DNA from: Octopus vulgaris
Lineage: Eukaryota
Direction: 5' to 3'
DNA: 64,000 nucleotides
Assembly (NCBI GenBank): GCA_951406725.2
Contig: OX597834.1
Location: 2,976,001-3,040,000, forward strand
Of this stretch, positions 12,974 to 26,264 are shown one piece after another. The notes under the pieces are model-generated. The model was not told where the DNA came from, did no database searches, and was given only the letters and a program-made list of their open reading frames with translations. The position numbers and the translations under genes were made by a program. Position 1 is the first letter of the stretch. Every line of letters starts with the position of its first letter.

Positions 12974-13464
12974 GAAATCCCCCACCTTATAAATCCATCG
13001 GAGTTCTGATTTGTTTTGCATCAAAACCAGGCCACACTGGTGCAAATATGCTTCAAGCTAATTTTTAATTTTATTGCTATATAATGCTATTTAAACCTAG
13101 AACCACCTATGTTGCTGTTGTTATTATTATCAATTACTTATATTCACCTCAGGTAATATTAACAATAGTAATATCTTATTTCAAATGTAAGCATTCGGAT
13201 ATTGGACAATTCGACCAGAATCATATGAGCCCGGATACTGTCTACTCCATTCCTTAACTCCTGTATTTTATTCATATACCTGGAAACCCTACCTGCCTAA
13301 CGTGAAACAAAACACTTTTTCAGCTTACCATACTTCGATATGGCAAAAATCCACAACCTTCCTCCTCGATAGACCACTGTTGTTCCTGGAAGTTGTTTTT
13401 ATATTTGCTACGGTTTGCTTGAAGCTAACCTTCTTCCTACATCACGATCCTTGGATCTTACATT

Positions 13465-13578
<114 letters not shown>

Positions 13579-13929
13579 TGTATGTATGTATGTATGTATG
13601 TATGTATGTATGTGTGTATTGTATAAAAGATCGCGGATAAGGTCAAAACAATGCGAAGTAAATGCAAGTTAAATCACAAGGAAACAAATATGTGAAATAA
13701 TGTAGTCTTACACCTTGTATTCAGTATTTCGGGGTTATGACCCCATTTTCAAGAAATTGATGAATGGTGCCGATGTGCAACATTCGTGAATTTGGTGGGG
13801 TTGTCAAGGTAAATAAAATAAATAAATCGTACAGCAACAACACCACATAAAGCTGATAGTAATAGTAATGAAAATAACAATAGAAAGAATAAGGATAATT
13901 ATAACCGTAACTTTGGGATCTACAATAAT

Positions 13930-14762
13930 AATGAGGGCAGTTTCTACACTAAAAACAAAACTATTAAAAGTAACAAACGGAATAAAGATAACATTTGGCT
14001 AATAATCCCCTTCGCGATACAACTAAAAACCAATGTAGTTAAATCCAAAATGAGACTTATAGATAAGCACTTCAATATGAATACCAAATACTCAGAAATC
14101 TTTAGCAATAAAATTAGAGTAGGCCATAGCCGAACTAGCAACATAGTTACTATTATAGCCTCTGTTAACAATAAAAAGCTAGACGCCTTCTCTCAAACTA
14201 GGAAGAATAACAATAAAAAGCACAACAACCAATCGATTGGTATAATAAGTGATCCCCCAAATAACTCACCCTCTAAAAATTCGGACAACCACCTTATAAA
14301 TAATAATTCACCCACCCCAGCCCCAACATATCATAGGCACAGATAATCTTACTAATCTATGTGACTGCAGAGATAAAAATACTTGTGAATTCTTGAATAA
14401 ATGTAAAACTAAAAACGTAATCTACTAATGTGATGTACTCTCTAATAATTACAAGAAAACTTATATTAGAGCAACTAAAAATGAAATGAAACTTAGATAT
14501 AATTCTCATCGTTCAAGTTTCAGAAAAAGAAGTAAAGCGAACTCTACCGGACTAAGTAGTTACATCTGGTAAACTGAAGGACAATAACATTAACTACAGA
14601 TTAGCATGGCGTATCCTAGCCAAAACATATTCATATAACCTTCATAATAATCGCTGTAATTTATGCATAAATGAGAAATTCTTCATTTTAATGGCCAAAT
14701 CAGAATTACTTAATAAACGAGACGAGAAAAAATTAACATGTTTGCATAAAGATAAACTCTAA
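13930..14762 (+). mobile_element. Penelope-like retroelement, C-terminal linker and GIY-YIG endonuclease (decayed)
   Basis: 'NKRNKDNIWLIIPFAIQLKTNV...RLIDKHF', then 'CDCRDKNTCEFLNKCKTKNVIY*CDV...TYIRATKNEMKLRYNSHRSSF...STGLSSYIW-LKDNNINYRLAWRIL...RCNLCINEKFFIL...LLNKRDE...CLHKDKL*'. Confidence 0.85.
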
Positions 14763-14918
14763 TACCTACATTGCAGGTTGCTAGCTGACCTGCCTAACAT
14801 TTTATTACCTCCCCTAACCATCCCACTTACCACAGAGCATAATTTAACATCACATCAGAATTTTAAATTAAATTGCCCCGATTAACATAACTACTTGAAA
14901 GGCTCTAAAGTGATATAC

Positions 14919-15039
<121 letters not shown>

Positions 15040-15535
15040 GACAAGCAAGTGGGCGAGTGTCTTCTGCTATAGCCACGAGTTGATCAAAGCCTTTTAAATG
15101 AATCTTGTAGACAGAAGTTGAAAGACCGCCATATATATATATGTGTGTATGTACACATATTTACATATAAATCGTCTATATATAAATATATATATATAAT
15201 ATGACCTGGGTAATAAACTCAAAATGTGCATTTCAAAGCTCCTATACTGTAATCGGCTACCATATGCCATCATAAATCAGAGTTATTAGCTTTACTGTTT
15301 ACACATGTGAAACTCCATCAGCATATGCAGAATTTATGTAAGAAGATGGAATGAACAGGCTTTAATCACAAATCCTAACAAATTGCTTCCGTACCATAAC
15401 AATTGTTAGTTGCTGAATTTTTCTTATTACATAAATTATTTTACGAATAACTACATGAATATATATGACCTAGTAACAACTGTGTGCTGGCTCGTCATCA
15501 GGTGAAGCTTGTTTGTTCCATCTCCCTGATGTGTG

Positions 15536-15567
<32 letters not shown>

Positions 15568-15661
15568 CCCTTCTTCCTAGCTCTACTGCGTGACCTCTCT
15601 GTTCGGCATTCGCCATGATAGATCGCTAGCCACTACACATTCTTTATTTTCTCTCCTTGTT

Positions 15662-15699
15662 CCTTTCTGTGGAAGAGCGTAGGCTCGAAACGTTAAAGG
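15662..15699 (+). ncRNA. Minimal type I hammerhead-like motif (A6U) in a (TA)n-flanked element (about 15566-15795)
   Basis: CCTTT-CTGTGGA-A-GAGC-GTAG-GCTC-GAAA-CG-TT-AAAGG. Stems I and II are perfect, and palindromic AACGTT stands in place of stem III. Confidence 0.55.
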
Positions 15700-15790
15700 C
15701 TTTTTCACTTCCTGAGCGTTAAACTAATACATCTATTTATTGTCTATACCACTTGTCTTCGTCTTCTGTCTTTTTTTTTGTGAATTCTCC

Positions 15791-15857
<67 letters not shown>

Positions 15858-16628
15858 AACACAGAAACATAGTGGACAGTGGCGAAAGAGTACATGTCCA
15901 AAGTGTTTCATTGCATTCTACCTTACCATTTATCTCGTGTATAACCGTTCAGGATTGTCTTCAGCCTTGAGGTGGCATATATATGCCGAAACAGCTGGAT
16001 GCGTGGGTCACGATTTGACATGCAACCGCTACGGCAAAAGGACTGGTGGATCTGAACAAACCTAGGGCTATACAAATAAAAATAACAACCTAAATATTAA
16101 TATCTACAGCAACAACAACGAAAGCAATAACAGAACGATCGGCTACACTGCAAGCAATTACAATACAAAGCAATAACACACAACAACAATAATACAAACA
16201 ACATCGACAGCATATCACCTACACCACTACCACCACCATCAACACCACGAACAACATCTACAGCAGCAGCAGCAGCGACATGGAGGTCATCAGAAGGGTT
16301 AACAACAGCAGCAACAACAACAAAAAGAGCCGCAGCAATAGTAACAACAACAACAGGATGCTCATCATTTTCATAGATTGATACGTTCTGAGAATAGCAA
16401 AGCATGAGTGATGGCGGGGGGGGGGGAGTGTGAGTGAAGTAAGGACAGAATGAGAGGGAGGGTGGTGATGGTGGTGGTGGTGGTGGTCGAGGGTCGGATG
16501 CAGGGACGAAATGGAGAAATGTACGAAATATTTCCAACTCATATATTAGATTGGATTGGTCAAGCATAGGTCAGCTTCCATTTCATCATTACAGAGAGAG
16601 ACAAACAGACAGACAGACGGATGGACAG

Positions 16629-16679
<51 letters not shown>

Positions 16680-17074
16680 TTCACACATACATAATGCATG
16701 CATGCATACATACATACAAACATACATACATAGATACCTACATACATACATACGTACATACATACACACACATACATTGACAGGCTAGAGAATAATATGT
16801 TGTAATATGTGACGTAAAACAAAACAAGAAGAATATGAAGAATTAGTGCCAGAATTGAATGGTAAAAAGCAAAAGATATTACGGCATAATAAAGAGAAGA
16901 ATATAGGAGAAAATGGTGTGGTCTATTATTGTTTCCGACAGTTCACGTGACTGGGTCGATAACAGAAGGTACTTTAAACAAATGGGAGAAACAGACGATC
17001 GCCTCGGCACCATATCGCCCCTTCTTTCTCTCACTATCTACCTAGCTATCTCTCTTTCTATTTCCCACTCTCTT

Positions 17075-17120
<46 letters not shown>

Positions 17121-17654
17121 GTTTTTCTCTTTCTCTGTGACTGGCTGTTATCATTATGACTTGTACGTGTGTATGTATTTTTGTTTGTTCTTCTGAGTGT
17201 GCGCGTGTATGTGTAGTGTACGTGTGTATCTAGAGTGTGTATGTATGTGTGTGTCTTTGTGTGTTTGTATACAACACACAGAAAAACATACGCATGTCCA
17301 TGAATAGGTCGAGGGACATGCATCTTCCTATAACTGGCATCGAATTTTTGGCAGCGGCCATGTTTCGTAAATATTAATGTGTGTGTATGTATATACACAT
17401 GCACATATATATGCATATATATACATATATATGTGCGTATATATAGATATAGATAACTAAAGTATATATATATACATAAATATATATATATATATATATA
17501 TATACATAGAGAGAGAGAGAGAGAGAGAAATGCATAATGCAGACATACATGCACACATTCATGTGTGCAAATATAGACATATGAATATATAATGCAATAT
17601 TTAAACAGACGTACATATATGCACTTATCTATGTACATATATACTTGTGTGTGT

Positions 17655-17732
<78 letters not shown>

Positions 17733-18100
17733 GGATAGATAGATAGATAGAGCAGGCAGTGGGGCAGGTGGGGCACACACACACACAGACAGAGTTTTTC
17801 AATAGCTTTGGCAACTTTTGAAATCTTCAAACTCGAGATCAACAGATTTTTCTGAGTATAAAATGTATAAATATTTGTGTGACGAGTGATAGCGAGTGGA
17901 TGTATATGGATACAATGGATATCTTTACACACACATACACACACAAACACATACACACGCACACACACACACACACACACTAGCACATATATACATGTCT
18001 ATATATATATACAAATATACATGTATATACATATATATATATACATACATATATATATACGTTTATTGGCTAAACTGGCAATATGACCATTCCGAAATAT

Positions 18101-18161
<61 letters not shown>

Positions 18162-18203
18162 AATATAAACAGATAGATGAATATATATATAAACAGATAG
18201 ATG

Positions 18204-18283
<80 letters not shown>

Positions 18284-18740
18284 TCGCTACCATCGTTACA
18301 ATAAGCACTGAAACAATCCCATAATCCCATGAATATCACCATCAATACCACCACCGCCATTATCTGCATTTTGACCAGCACGACCACCGCCTGTACAACC
18401 AGGGCCACCACCACTTCTGCTACAGAAACAAAGATGGTGTCAACAAGTATTAATTCCAAACCACGTAAAGTGGTCTGATGTGAAGAGACAGTGATGAAAT
18501 TAGGGTAAGAAAGAAAGAAGGGGGGGGCGAAGCTAATGGAGAGTGACCTTCCTTATATGGTGAGAGGTTCTGCTAATGCCATCGCCAGTATCTTTCGCAA
18601 ACATCGCCACCGCCACAGTAGAAACCACGGCTTGGCTGTGTGGTAAGAAGCTTGCTTCCCAACCACGCGGTTCCGAGTTCAATCTCGTTCAATCTCCGCC
18701 TCTGTTCTGTTTTTGTTTTTTCCAACGGATTTCCTATTTC

Positions 18741-18819
18741 TTCCTGAGAGAAAGACACAATATGGTCTCCTTATTCAATCGGAATTTGGTAAATTGTGCC
18801 TTTCGAAACACGTGTAGAA
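18741..18819 (+). ncRNA. Type I hammerhead motif with a 1-nt core deletion
   Basis: TTC-CTGAGA-GAAAGACACAAT...ATTGTGCCTTTC-GAAA-C-ACGT-G-TA-GAA. The downstream 'CGTTCAACTCCATT' also occurs at about 6827. Confidence 0.6.
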
Positions 18820-18869
18820 TGCAATAAAACGATTTCTGTTCAATCTTCGTTCAACTCCATTTCTTCAAT

Positions 18870-18944
<75 letters not shown>

Positions 18945-19108
18945 TAAAAGCAATTAAGATTCAAGTCAGTTCTAATGAATTCACTTGAATGCGGTACTTA
19001 ACTTAGATGCACCAGAAAACTATATGGTATTAACTATACAATAATGTGGGGTGATTATAAACGAGAAAAAAGCCTCACCAACTAGGATGCTTGGAGAACT
19101 CATATGTG

Positions 19109-19200
19109 TTTTGGCTGATGAGTACGGGACACTTGTATTTGCTGCAATATTTGCAGCTTTTAATAAAGCTTGTCTTCGTATGAAACAAATGTCCAGAAAA
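19109..19200 (+). ncRNA. Type I hammerhead ribozyme, intact core, in a (TA)n-flanked element (about 18945-19230)
   Basis: TTTTGG-CTGATGA(19115-21)-GTACGGGACA...TGTCTTCGTAT-GAAA(19182-85)-C-AAAT-G-TC-CAGAAAA. Stem I has one mismatch. Confidence 0.7.
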
Positions 19201-19229
19201 ACTAATCCATTCTTGTTGCTTTTTTCTCG

Positions 19230-19317
<88 letters not shown>

Positions 19318-19337
19318 GGAGATAAACATATACATCT

Positions 19338-19535
19338 GTGTGTGTGTCTTTCTGTATGTGTTTGTCGTCCACCACCGCTTGACGACCGGTATTGGTTTAC
19401 TTACATCCCCGTAATTTGATGGTTTGGCAAAAGAGACCGATAAAATAAGTTCTGGGGGTTGATTTGTTCGAGTAAAACCCTTCAAGGCGGTGCCCCAGCA
19501 TGGCTGCAGTCAAATGACTGAAACAATCAGAAAGA
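19338..19535 (+). mobile_element. SINE family A, 3' half
   Basis: Shares GGCAAAAGAGACCGATAAAATAAG...GGCGGTGCCCCAGCATGGCTGCAGTCAAATGACTGAAACA with the 50663 copy. Confidence 0.75.
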
Positions 19536-20191
19536 AAAAAATCATCACTACCAACAAACGTTATCATCATCATCATCATCATCATCATCACCATCATTGC
19601 CGTCATCGTGATCATCGTGATCACACATTCTCATTTCTGTGAATATATCAAGGATTCAGTCTTACTTTTTATTTATTTCACGTAGGCATTGATCATAGCC
19701 TCAACAAATTTCTTGTTAATCGTTGAGCACTCTCTAAGATTAAATAATTAGACTAATTAAGATGTGCTTTGTAGAAGTCACCTTACATTCATGAATTATG
19801 TGTGCGTGTGTATGCAGGCATGTATGGAAATGTATATATCTGTATATAGAGTGATACATAAGAGAAAACCGGATGAACGACATTGTTTATTTTAAAATCT
19901 TTACAGTTGTTTCGACGCATTTTTACACCTGTAGTACTTTGTTTCGCAATCATTATCATCCATACAAGGTGTATAATTATCATCATATACCCAAGGTGTA
20001 AAATGTGATTATAATGATTTTAAATAAAGGATGTCGTTCAATCAATTTTCTCTCTTTTATCTATTTGTATAAACTCTACGGATACTGTAGAATTCCTGAT
20101 GTACAACCTGTAGCAGGAGTATTTCCAACTGTTTGATGACATCAGGTAGCCAATAGCTGAGGACGAGCTTTGCATTGCATTTTACAAGGTT

Positions 20192-20249
<58 letters not shown>

Positions 20250-20309
20250 TGTGTGTGTGTATGTATGTATGTATATATATAGTATGTATATTCTACGTGT
20301 GTGTGTGTA

Positions 20310-20830
20310 ATACATTGTATTAAAAACACGGCTTTGTTTCAAGTTCTCTATAACCATTTTCTCATATAAACTTATCAGGCTTTTAAAATTCGTTTGAAAA
20401 CTGGAATAATAATGTTGCCAAATTCATATTATCAAACATCAGCTTTTCCAGACTCTCTCAGCCTCATTTTGAGGAACGTGTAGTTGCTTTTGGCGTCTGT
20501 ATCACACATCTTATAACGGCAACAGCTATAAAGGAACCATGCCTTCAATAGTGACTCTTTTAGTTCGCAACACTTCTTCATCTCTTACAAAGCTATGTAC
20601 GTGCACATCAGTATACAGAAATACTATTCGGCTGAATACGGGGGTCTTTTACAACCACCGACAATTGCAAAACTTCCCCCATAAACGGTATGGAGCCTTT
20701 TATCGTGAACAAACTGTTGTCAACATTTTGTTTGACCAGATGACTGTGTCGGTGATTAGTGAAGGCAAGTGGAGAGGCTTTAAAGGACTGAATATGGCAA
20801 CAGGTATCACAAAACAAGATCACTCTTCCA
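20310..20830 (+). mobile_element. Possible decayed Merlin (ISXO2/IS1016-like) DDE transposase fragment
   Basis: 'REQTVVNILFDQMTVSVISEGKWRGFKGLNMATGITKQDHS' resembles the 'TL...I.....I.SD.WR.Y..L.....H..VNHS' core. Confidence 0.35.
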
Positions 20831-20848
20831 GTTCATACACAAACACTC

Positions 20849-20885
<37 letters not shown>

Positions 20886-20886
20886 T

Positions 20887-20963
<77 letters not shown>

Positions 20964-21269
20964 CAGATATAGATAGATAGATGGAAATACACATTGTATG
21001 CGTTAACATACATATTTACGTTTATACAAGCTCACACACGCGCGCGTTCGCACACACAAATGTCTGCTTGTATGTATAGGTGTGTGTGTGTGTGTGTGTA
21101 ATAATATGTGGCTGATCTCTTACAAATGCCTTAATGGTCAATATATCGTTAATGGTCAATATAGCGCTATGGTGGTTTGAGTGACCAGCGGCGTGGAGTC
21201 AAGTACGGCACGTCTTATATGGCTGTGAAGTTGATAGAATGGACGCCTTTGTTGTTGCCGATGATGATG

Positions 21270-21335
<66 letters not shown>

Positions 21336-21686
21336 GTGATGGTGATGATGAAGATGATGAGGAGGAGGAGGGGGTGGAGGAGGAGGTCGAAGACGACTAC
21401 GCCGTTGGTGAATTTGATGAGAGTGGTGATAATGATCGTGATAATGTTGTTGGTGATATTGATGATGCTAACGGTGGTGTGGTGGTGGTAGTGGTGGTGG
21501 TGGCGGCGTCGGTGGCGACGATGCTGCTGCTGCTGCTGCTAATTATGTCAGTGATGATGTTGCTTCGCTATGACACTGGCAACGCTCTCAACCAACCACC
21601 CCCACCGTCCCCCGTCACCCTCACCCCGCAAGGTCACTCCCCATTAACCTCCTTCTCACTCCATCTCTCCCTCTCTTTCTCTCTTG

Positions 21687-21717
<31 letters not shown>

Positions 21718-21846
21718 TCTCTCTTGCTCTAATTTCATCAATGTCTCTTCATATCAGACCACGTTACGTGGTTTGGAATTAATACCTGTTGACACTACCA
21801 CCACCACCACCACCACCACCACTACTACAAGTGTGGGGATATTACT

Positions 21847-21881
<35 letters not shown>

Positions 21882-22204
21882 GGTGGTGGTGGTGGTGGTG
21901 GTGGTGGTGGTGGTGGTGGTAGTGGTGGTGGTGGTTCTACATTTATATTGATCATATACCTTACAGGTGCATCACATTAGCATATACATACCTGTGCACA
22001 TAATTATAGACATGTGTGTATGAGTCTGTGAGTATGTATGTATGTGTGTATATATACATATATGTATCTGTGTATAAATAAATGTATGTATGTGTATACA
22101 TATGTACACACACATATACGCACATACGCAGACACATGCTTTTATATGTATATATATATATCTACGTATATATGTATGTGTATATACATACATATGTATA
22201 TATT

Positions 22205-22237
<33 letters not shown>

Positions 22238-22860
22238 ATACATATATGTGTATGTGCCTGTTTTTCTCTGTGTGCACGCACGCATGTACATATCAGCCAA
22301 TTGTCAGAGACCCATTCTGGTTTTCGCTCTTTTTAAGACAAGTCGATGAAAAGATTTTCTCTCAGACAAACGCCAGAGCGTCACGCCTTTCAACGGTGTA
22401 CATATATTTCGTATAATATACCAACGACGATTTCAATCGCATTCACCGATTATTTTGCAGCTTTTGCAAGTTTTTGTAATACCGGAGAATGCAATTTTCG
22501 CTATTTCTTTTATATCGAGGCACAAATTTCTTCCTTGAAAGTGACAAACGGTGGTTTCACGGCTTTACAAACCCCAAGGAAGGCAAAACCTGTCTGTCCT
22601 TCTCATGAGTAAATGATGCAACGGCGTTTCCCTCGTTCCGATATTTGCAGTTTTGTTTTTCATTTTTCTCTTTTTTTTGCACAAGCATAAAGAGATTTTA
22701 TCTCAGACAGTTCCACAGCATTATATTCAACCGGTGTCTATACATTTATGTTCTTTCAATGGCGTTCACCGAGATAAACACACATGTATAAATATAAATC
22801 ACTGTTTTTCTGCCAAAATTTGAAGCGTATTAGGAAGCTGCGTCGTGTGAAATTTTATTG

Positions 22861-23026
22861 ATGGAATTACGAGCCTCCACCGTATGCTATGGAAAACAGT
22901 CTAATATTAGGGCATAGATGCTCCCGTAACAGGAAAAAATGAGCAAATGTTCACTTTTTTCCGTTAGATACCCTAATATTAGGCTATTTTCAATTGTCAG
23001 TTTACGGTGAAGGCTCATATTTCTAT
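22861..23026. mobile_element. Foldback/MITE-like element
   Basis: Nested imperfect inverted repeats: 22861-22884 against 23003-23026, and 22892-22914 against 22969-22991. Confidence 0.6.
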
Positions 23027-23044
23027 TTACGAAATGTTTCTTTT

Positions 23045-23887
23045 AATTAAATCTCTCGGCTTATTTTGCTGGGTAGGATAGGAAATCTCAGCTGTCCCCA
23101 ACCAGCAGACTAAGGTGACACTTATTTACTGGTCATGCTTCAAGAACCCTGCGAATCCTTAAGGTTCCATGTAATGCTGATCTTTTTAGGTGTTCTATCT
23201 TTACATTTGTACCAATCTTTTTGAGCAACGTTGGTAGTTGAGTGCTGATACTTCCAAGCGCGCCAATCACTACTGCTATCTCGCTCACTCTCTTCATTGC
23301 CTGTGTATTTCCCACTTCAAATCATCGTCGTTGTTCAGTTTTTCTGCTTTTGTCTCTGATTCTGTTGTCACCGGGACCATGTCATGTCGATTATCATGCA
23401 TGTTCTTTGTTTTTTCTCCACAGCAATGTCCAGTTTCCGATGTCTAATCTGATGGTCGCACGGAATCATTGCATTCCACAGGATTTTGCAATCATCGTTC
23501 TCGGCAACTTCTGACATTTGGCCATACTATGTCTTTCATCTTTCTGGGCCATAATTTCCACAGAGCTCCCAATGCATCATTCTTGCCACATTGTCATGTC
23601 GCCTTGTGTATTGCACCAATTGTGTATTGTGCCAATTTCGGCCATTTGCTAACAAAGTGCCTCTTTCACCGCTGCACCCCCAACCCCACTCCCCACGCAT
23701 TCTGCATTTGTCGCTCCCGGTTGTTTTACCAATTCTGCGTTTCACAGAGTTTCACCTCAATTCTTGTTCTCGTGCCGCGCATACAAGTGCTTCTCTTTCT
23801 ATCTTCAGATCACGCCTCCGCTTCCATAATCACTGACCTTCTCTATCTGTCTTGGAGCTCGTTTCCATGTCATTCCTTTGTGTGTGC

Positions 23888-23958
<71 letters not shown>

Positions 23959-25400
23959 TGTCTGTCTGTGTCTGTGTGTGTGTGTGTGTGTGTGTGTTCT
24001 TTTCCTCTTTAAGCTCTCCTTTCTTTGCACGATTATCAGTTTTTGTGACGCCGGACTTCTTCATGTGTTTCATCAATGGTTCCACGGCATTTTCTACATA
24101 CCATCCTAAGCTGTTTTCGATACAGTCCTGGCAACCTCCCCCACCCTTCTGGACATGGGATGGAATGCTTTGTGCGTCGTAAATAGATTCCGTGTCTTCG
24201 TACCCATACTTATCAGTTCTTTCTTTTGCCAGTTTATGATTCCTTCTCCATACCGAAATGATGCTATCGCCCATTTATTTACTGCTTGCATCTTATCCAG
24301 TCAATTTGAGCGCAACATCAATCTTAGTCTTCGGAAATATTCTTTCTTCAGATGGTCTTCATTCCCTCCTCCACGATTTCATTATACTCTGCTACACCAA
24401 TATACTTATAGCCTTCCTTTTCTATTTGGTAATTCTATTCCTGCCAAAGACTCTAACCTGCCTCATTTCTTGAGTCCGAGTTCCATCTTAATATCAACAC
24501 TAAAATCGTGGACCGTGTTCACCAAACAACTCACTTGTCCCTCATCCTTGCCATACAGCTCCAAATCATCCTCGAAGAGAAGATGGTTGATGCTTTGACT
24601 TTTCCCCTTTAATAGCCCAGATTCACTTTCCTCAGCACCAAGGTTTAAAGCAACGGAGATAAGCCATCTCCTTGGAAGATCTCTCTCCTGATGCCCAGGG
24701 TGGCCAAGTTTTGTCCGCCGCGCGATGCCAACTCAGTTTCCCAACCCACCATACTTCTCTTTAGAAAACAAGTTACATTCCTCGCAATTCCAAACATGTT
24801 TAATATTCAATGTGGAATCATATCATAAGCTTTGCGATAGTCAGTCCAGGCCATTTCCAAATTTGCTCTCCTTCGTTCACAGTCTTGCATTACCATTTAG
24901 TACCCCTATATCTCCTTTTCCAACCTTCCTCCTACGACCTTTTTGCTTCGTTGGTAAAATCTTGTTATCATCAAGGAATTCGTACATTTCTTCTGCAATC
25001 CCACCTGGCGCCAATAACTTCCACATTAAATGAAAGCAAAAAATTGGCCTGTAATGTCGGCAGCATTTCCTTTCGATGCATCCTTCAAGCACAACACTGT
25101 TCGTCCTTTGGTCAACCACCCTGGAATTTCTTTTACTTCATCAATCAATCCATTAAATTACTCTGCAATTAATTTATGGCACCTACTGAACTTTTTTTTT
25201 ATCCAAAATCCTTGTGCGCCATCAAGTCCTTTTTTCCAGTTTCTCATCTTTTGCTTATATTTCTGATGGTGTCCTCGGCGAAGAGGATGACTCCTTGCTG
25301 CGGATAAGAAACTATTTGTGTCAGGCTACAGAGACATTCAGCGTTATTACTGTTGTCGTTATTGAATTGCATCGGCGACCAGGTCACTGGCACACTTCTT
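23045..25400 (-). mobile_element. Decayed R4/Dong-clade non-LTR retrotransposon (RT, Zn knuckle, restriction-like endonuclease)
   Basis: Minus-strand motifs 'QGDGLSPLL', 'INHLLFEDDLELYGKDE', 'QAVNKWAIASFRYGEGIINW', 'DKCRM...YTRRHDNVARMMHWELC', 'HQIRHRKLDI...CMIIDM' and 'VVIGALGSI'. It is interrupted by (GT)n at 23880-23996. Confidence 0.85.
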
Positions 25401-25639
25401 TGTTTTAACTCAGATCATAAATGCGAAACAAAGATGTATGTATTTGTGTCTCCATATATACATATACATACATATATATATATACATATATATACATATA
25501 TATATACATACATATATATATATACATATATACATACATATATATATATATATATATACATATATATACATACATATATATACATATATATACACACACA
25601 CATATATATATATATACGCACACACATATGTATATATGT

Positions 25640-25682
<43 letters not shown>

Positions 25683-25987
25683 GATGTTAAAACAGAATAA
25701 GGACAGTGTGGCAGTATATGTGTGTGTGTGTGTGTGTTATAAGTAGCTAATTATGAACAGTGCGTCGATCTAATTACTAATTACTAATTGGTTTTGTTAT
25801 GGCACAGCACGATCTTGCATCAAATAAACTTGTCATATAAGCGCATCGCGGGAATAGTAGCAATAATAATAACAATGATGATGATGATGATGATTTCTTG
25901 TAATTTTTGTATTTTCTCCTAAGAGGGCGATGCGGTGCTTCTTTGAGTAAGTTAAATGTGCACATTCTGTGTTTGAGTTGTGTTGTG

Positions 25988-26020
<33 letters not shown>

Positions 26021-26233
26021 CCTTTCTACTAAAGGCACAATGCCTGAAATTTGAAGGGGTGGGATGAATCGATTATATCAACCCCAGTGTTCAACTCGTA
26101 CTTATTTCATCGACCCCGAAAGGATGAAAGGCAAAGTCGACCTCGGCGGAATTTGAACTCAGAACTTTGCTGCAAACGAAATGCCGCTTATCATTTCGCC
26201 CGACGTGTTAACGATTCTGCCAGCTCGCCGCCT
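26021..26233 (-). mobile_element. SINE family B
   Basis: Reverse complement of GGCGGCGAGCTGGCAGAATCGTTAAC...GAGTTCAAATTCCGCCGAGGTCGACTTTGCCTTTCATCCTTTCGGGGTCGAT, ending in an (ATT)n tail. Confidence 0.8.
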
Positions 26234-26264
26234 CATTAATAATAATACTAATACTAATACTAAT

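Noticed and set aside
21239-21850. Acidic 203-aa ORF
   Set aside because: It is a concatenation of (GAT)n, (GAG)n, (GGT)n, (CT)n and (ACC)n repeats.
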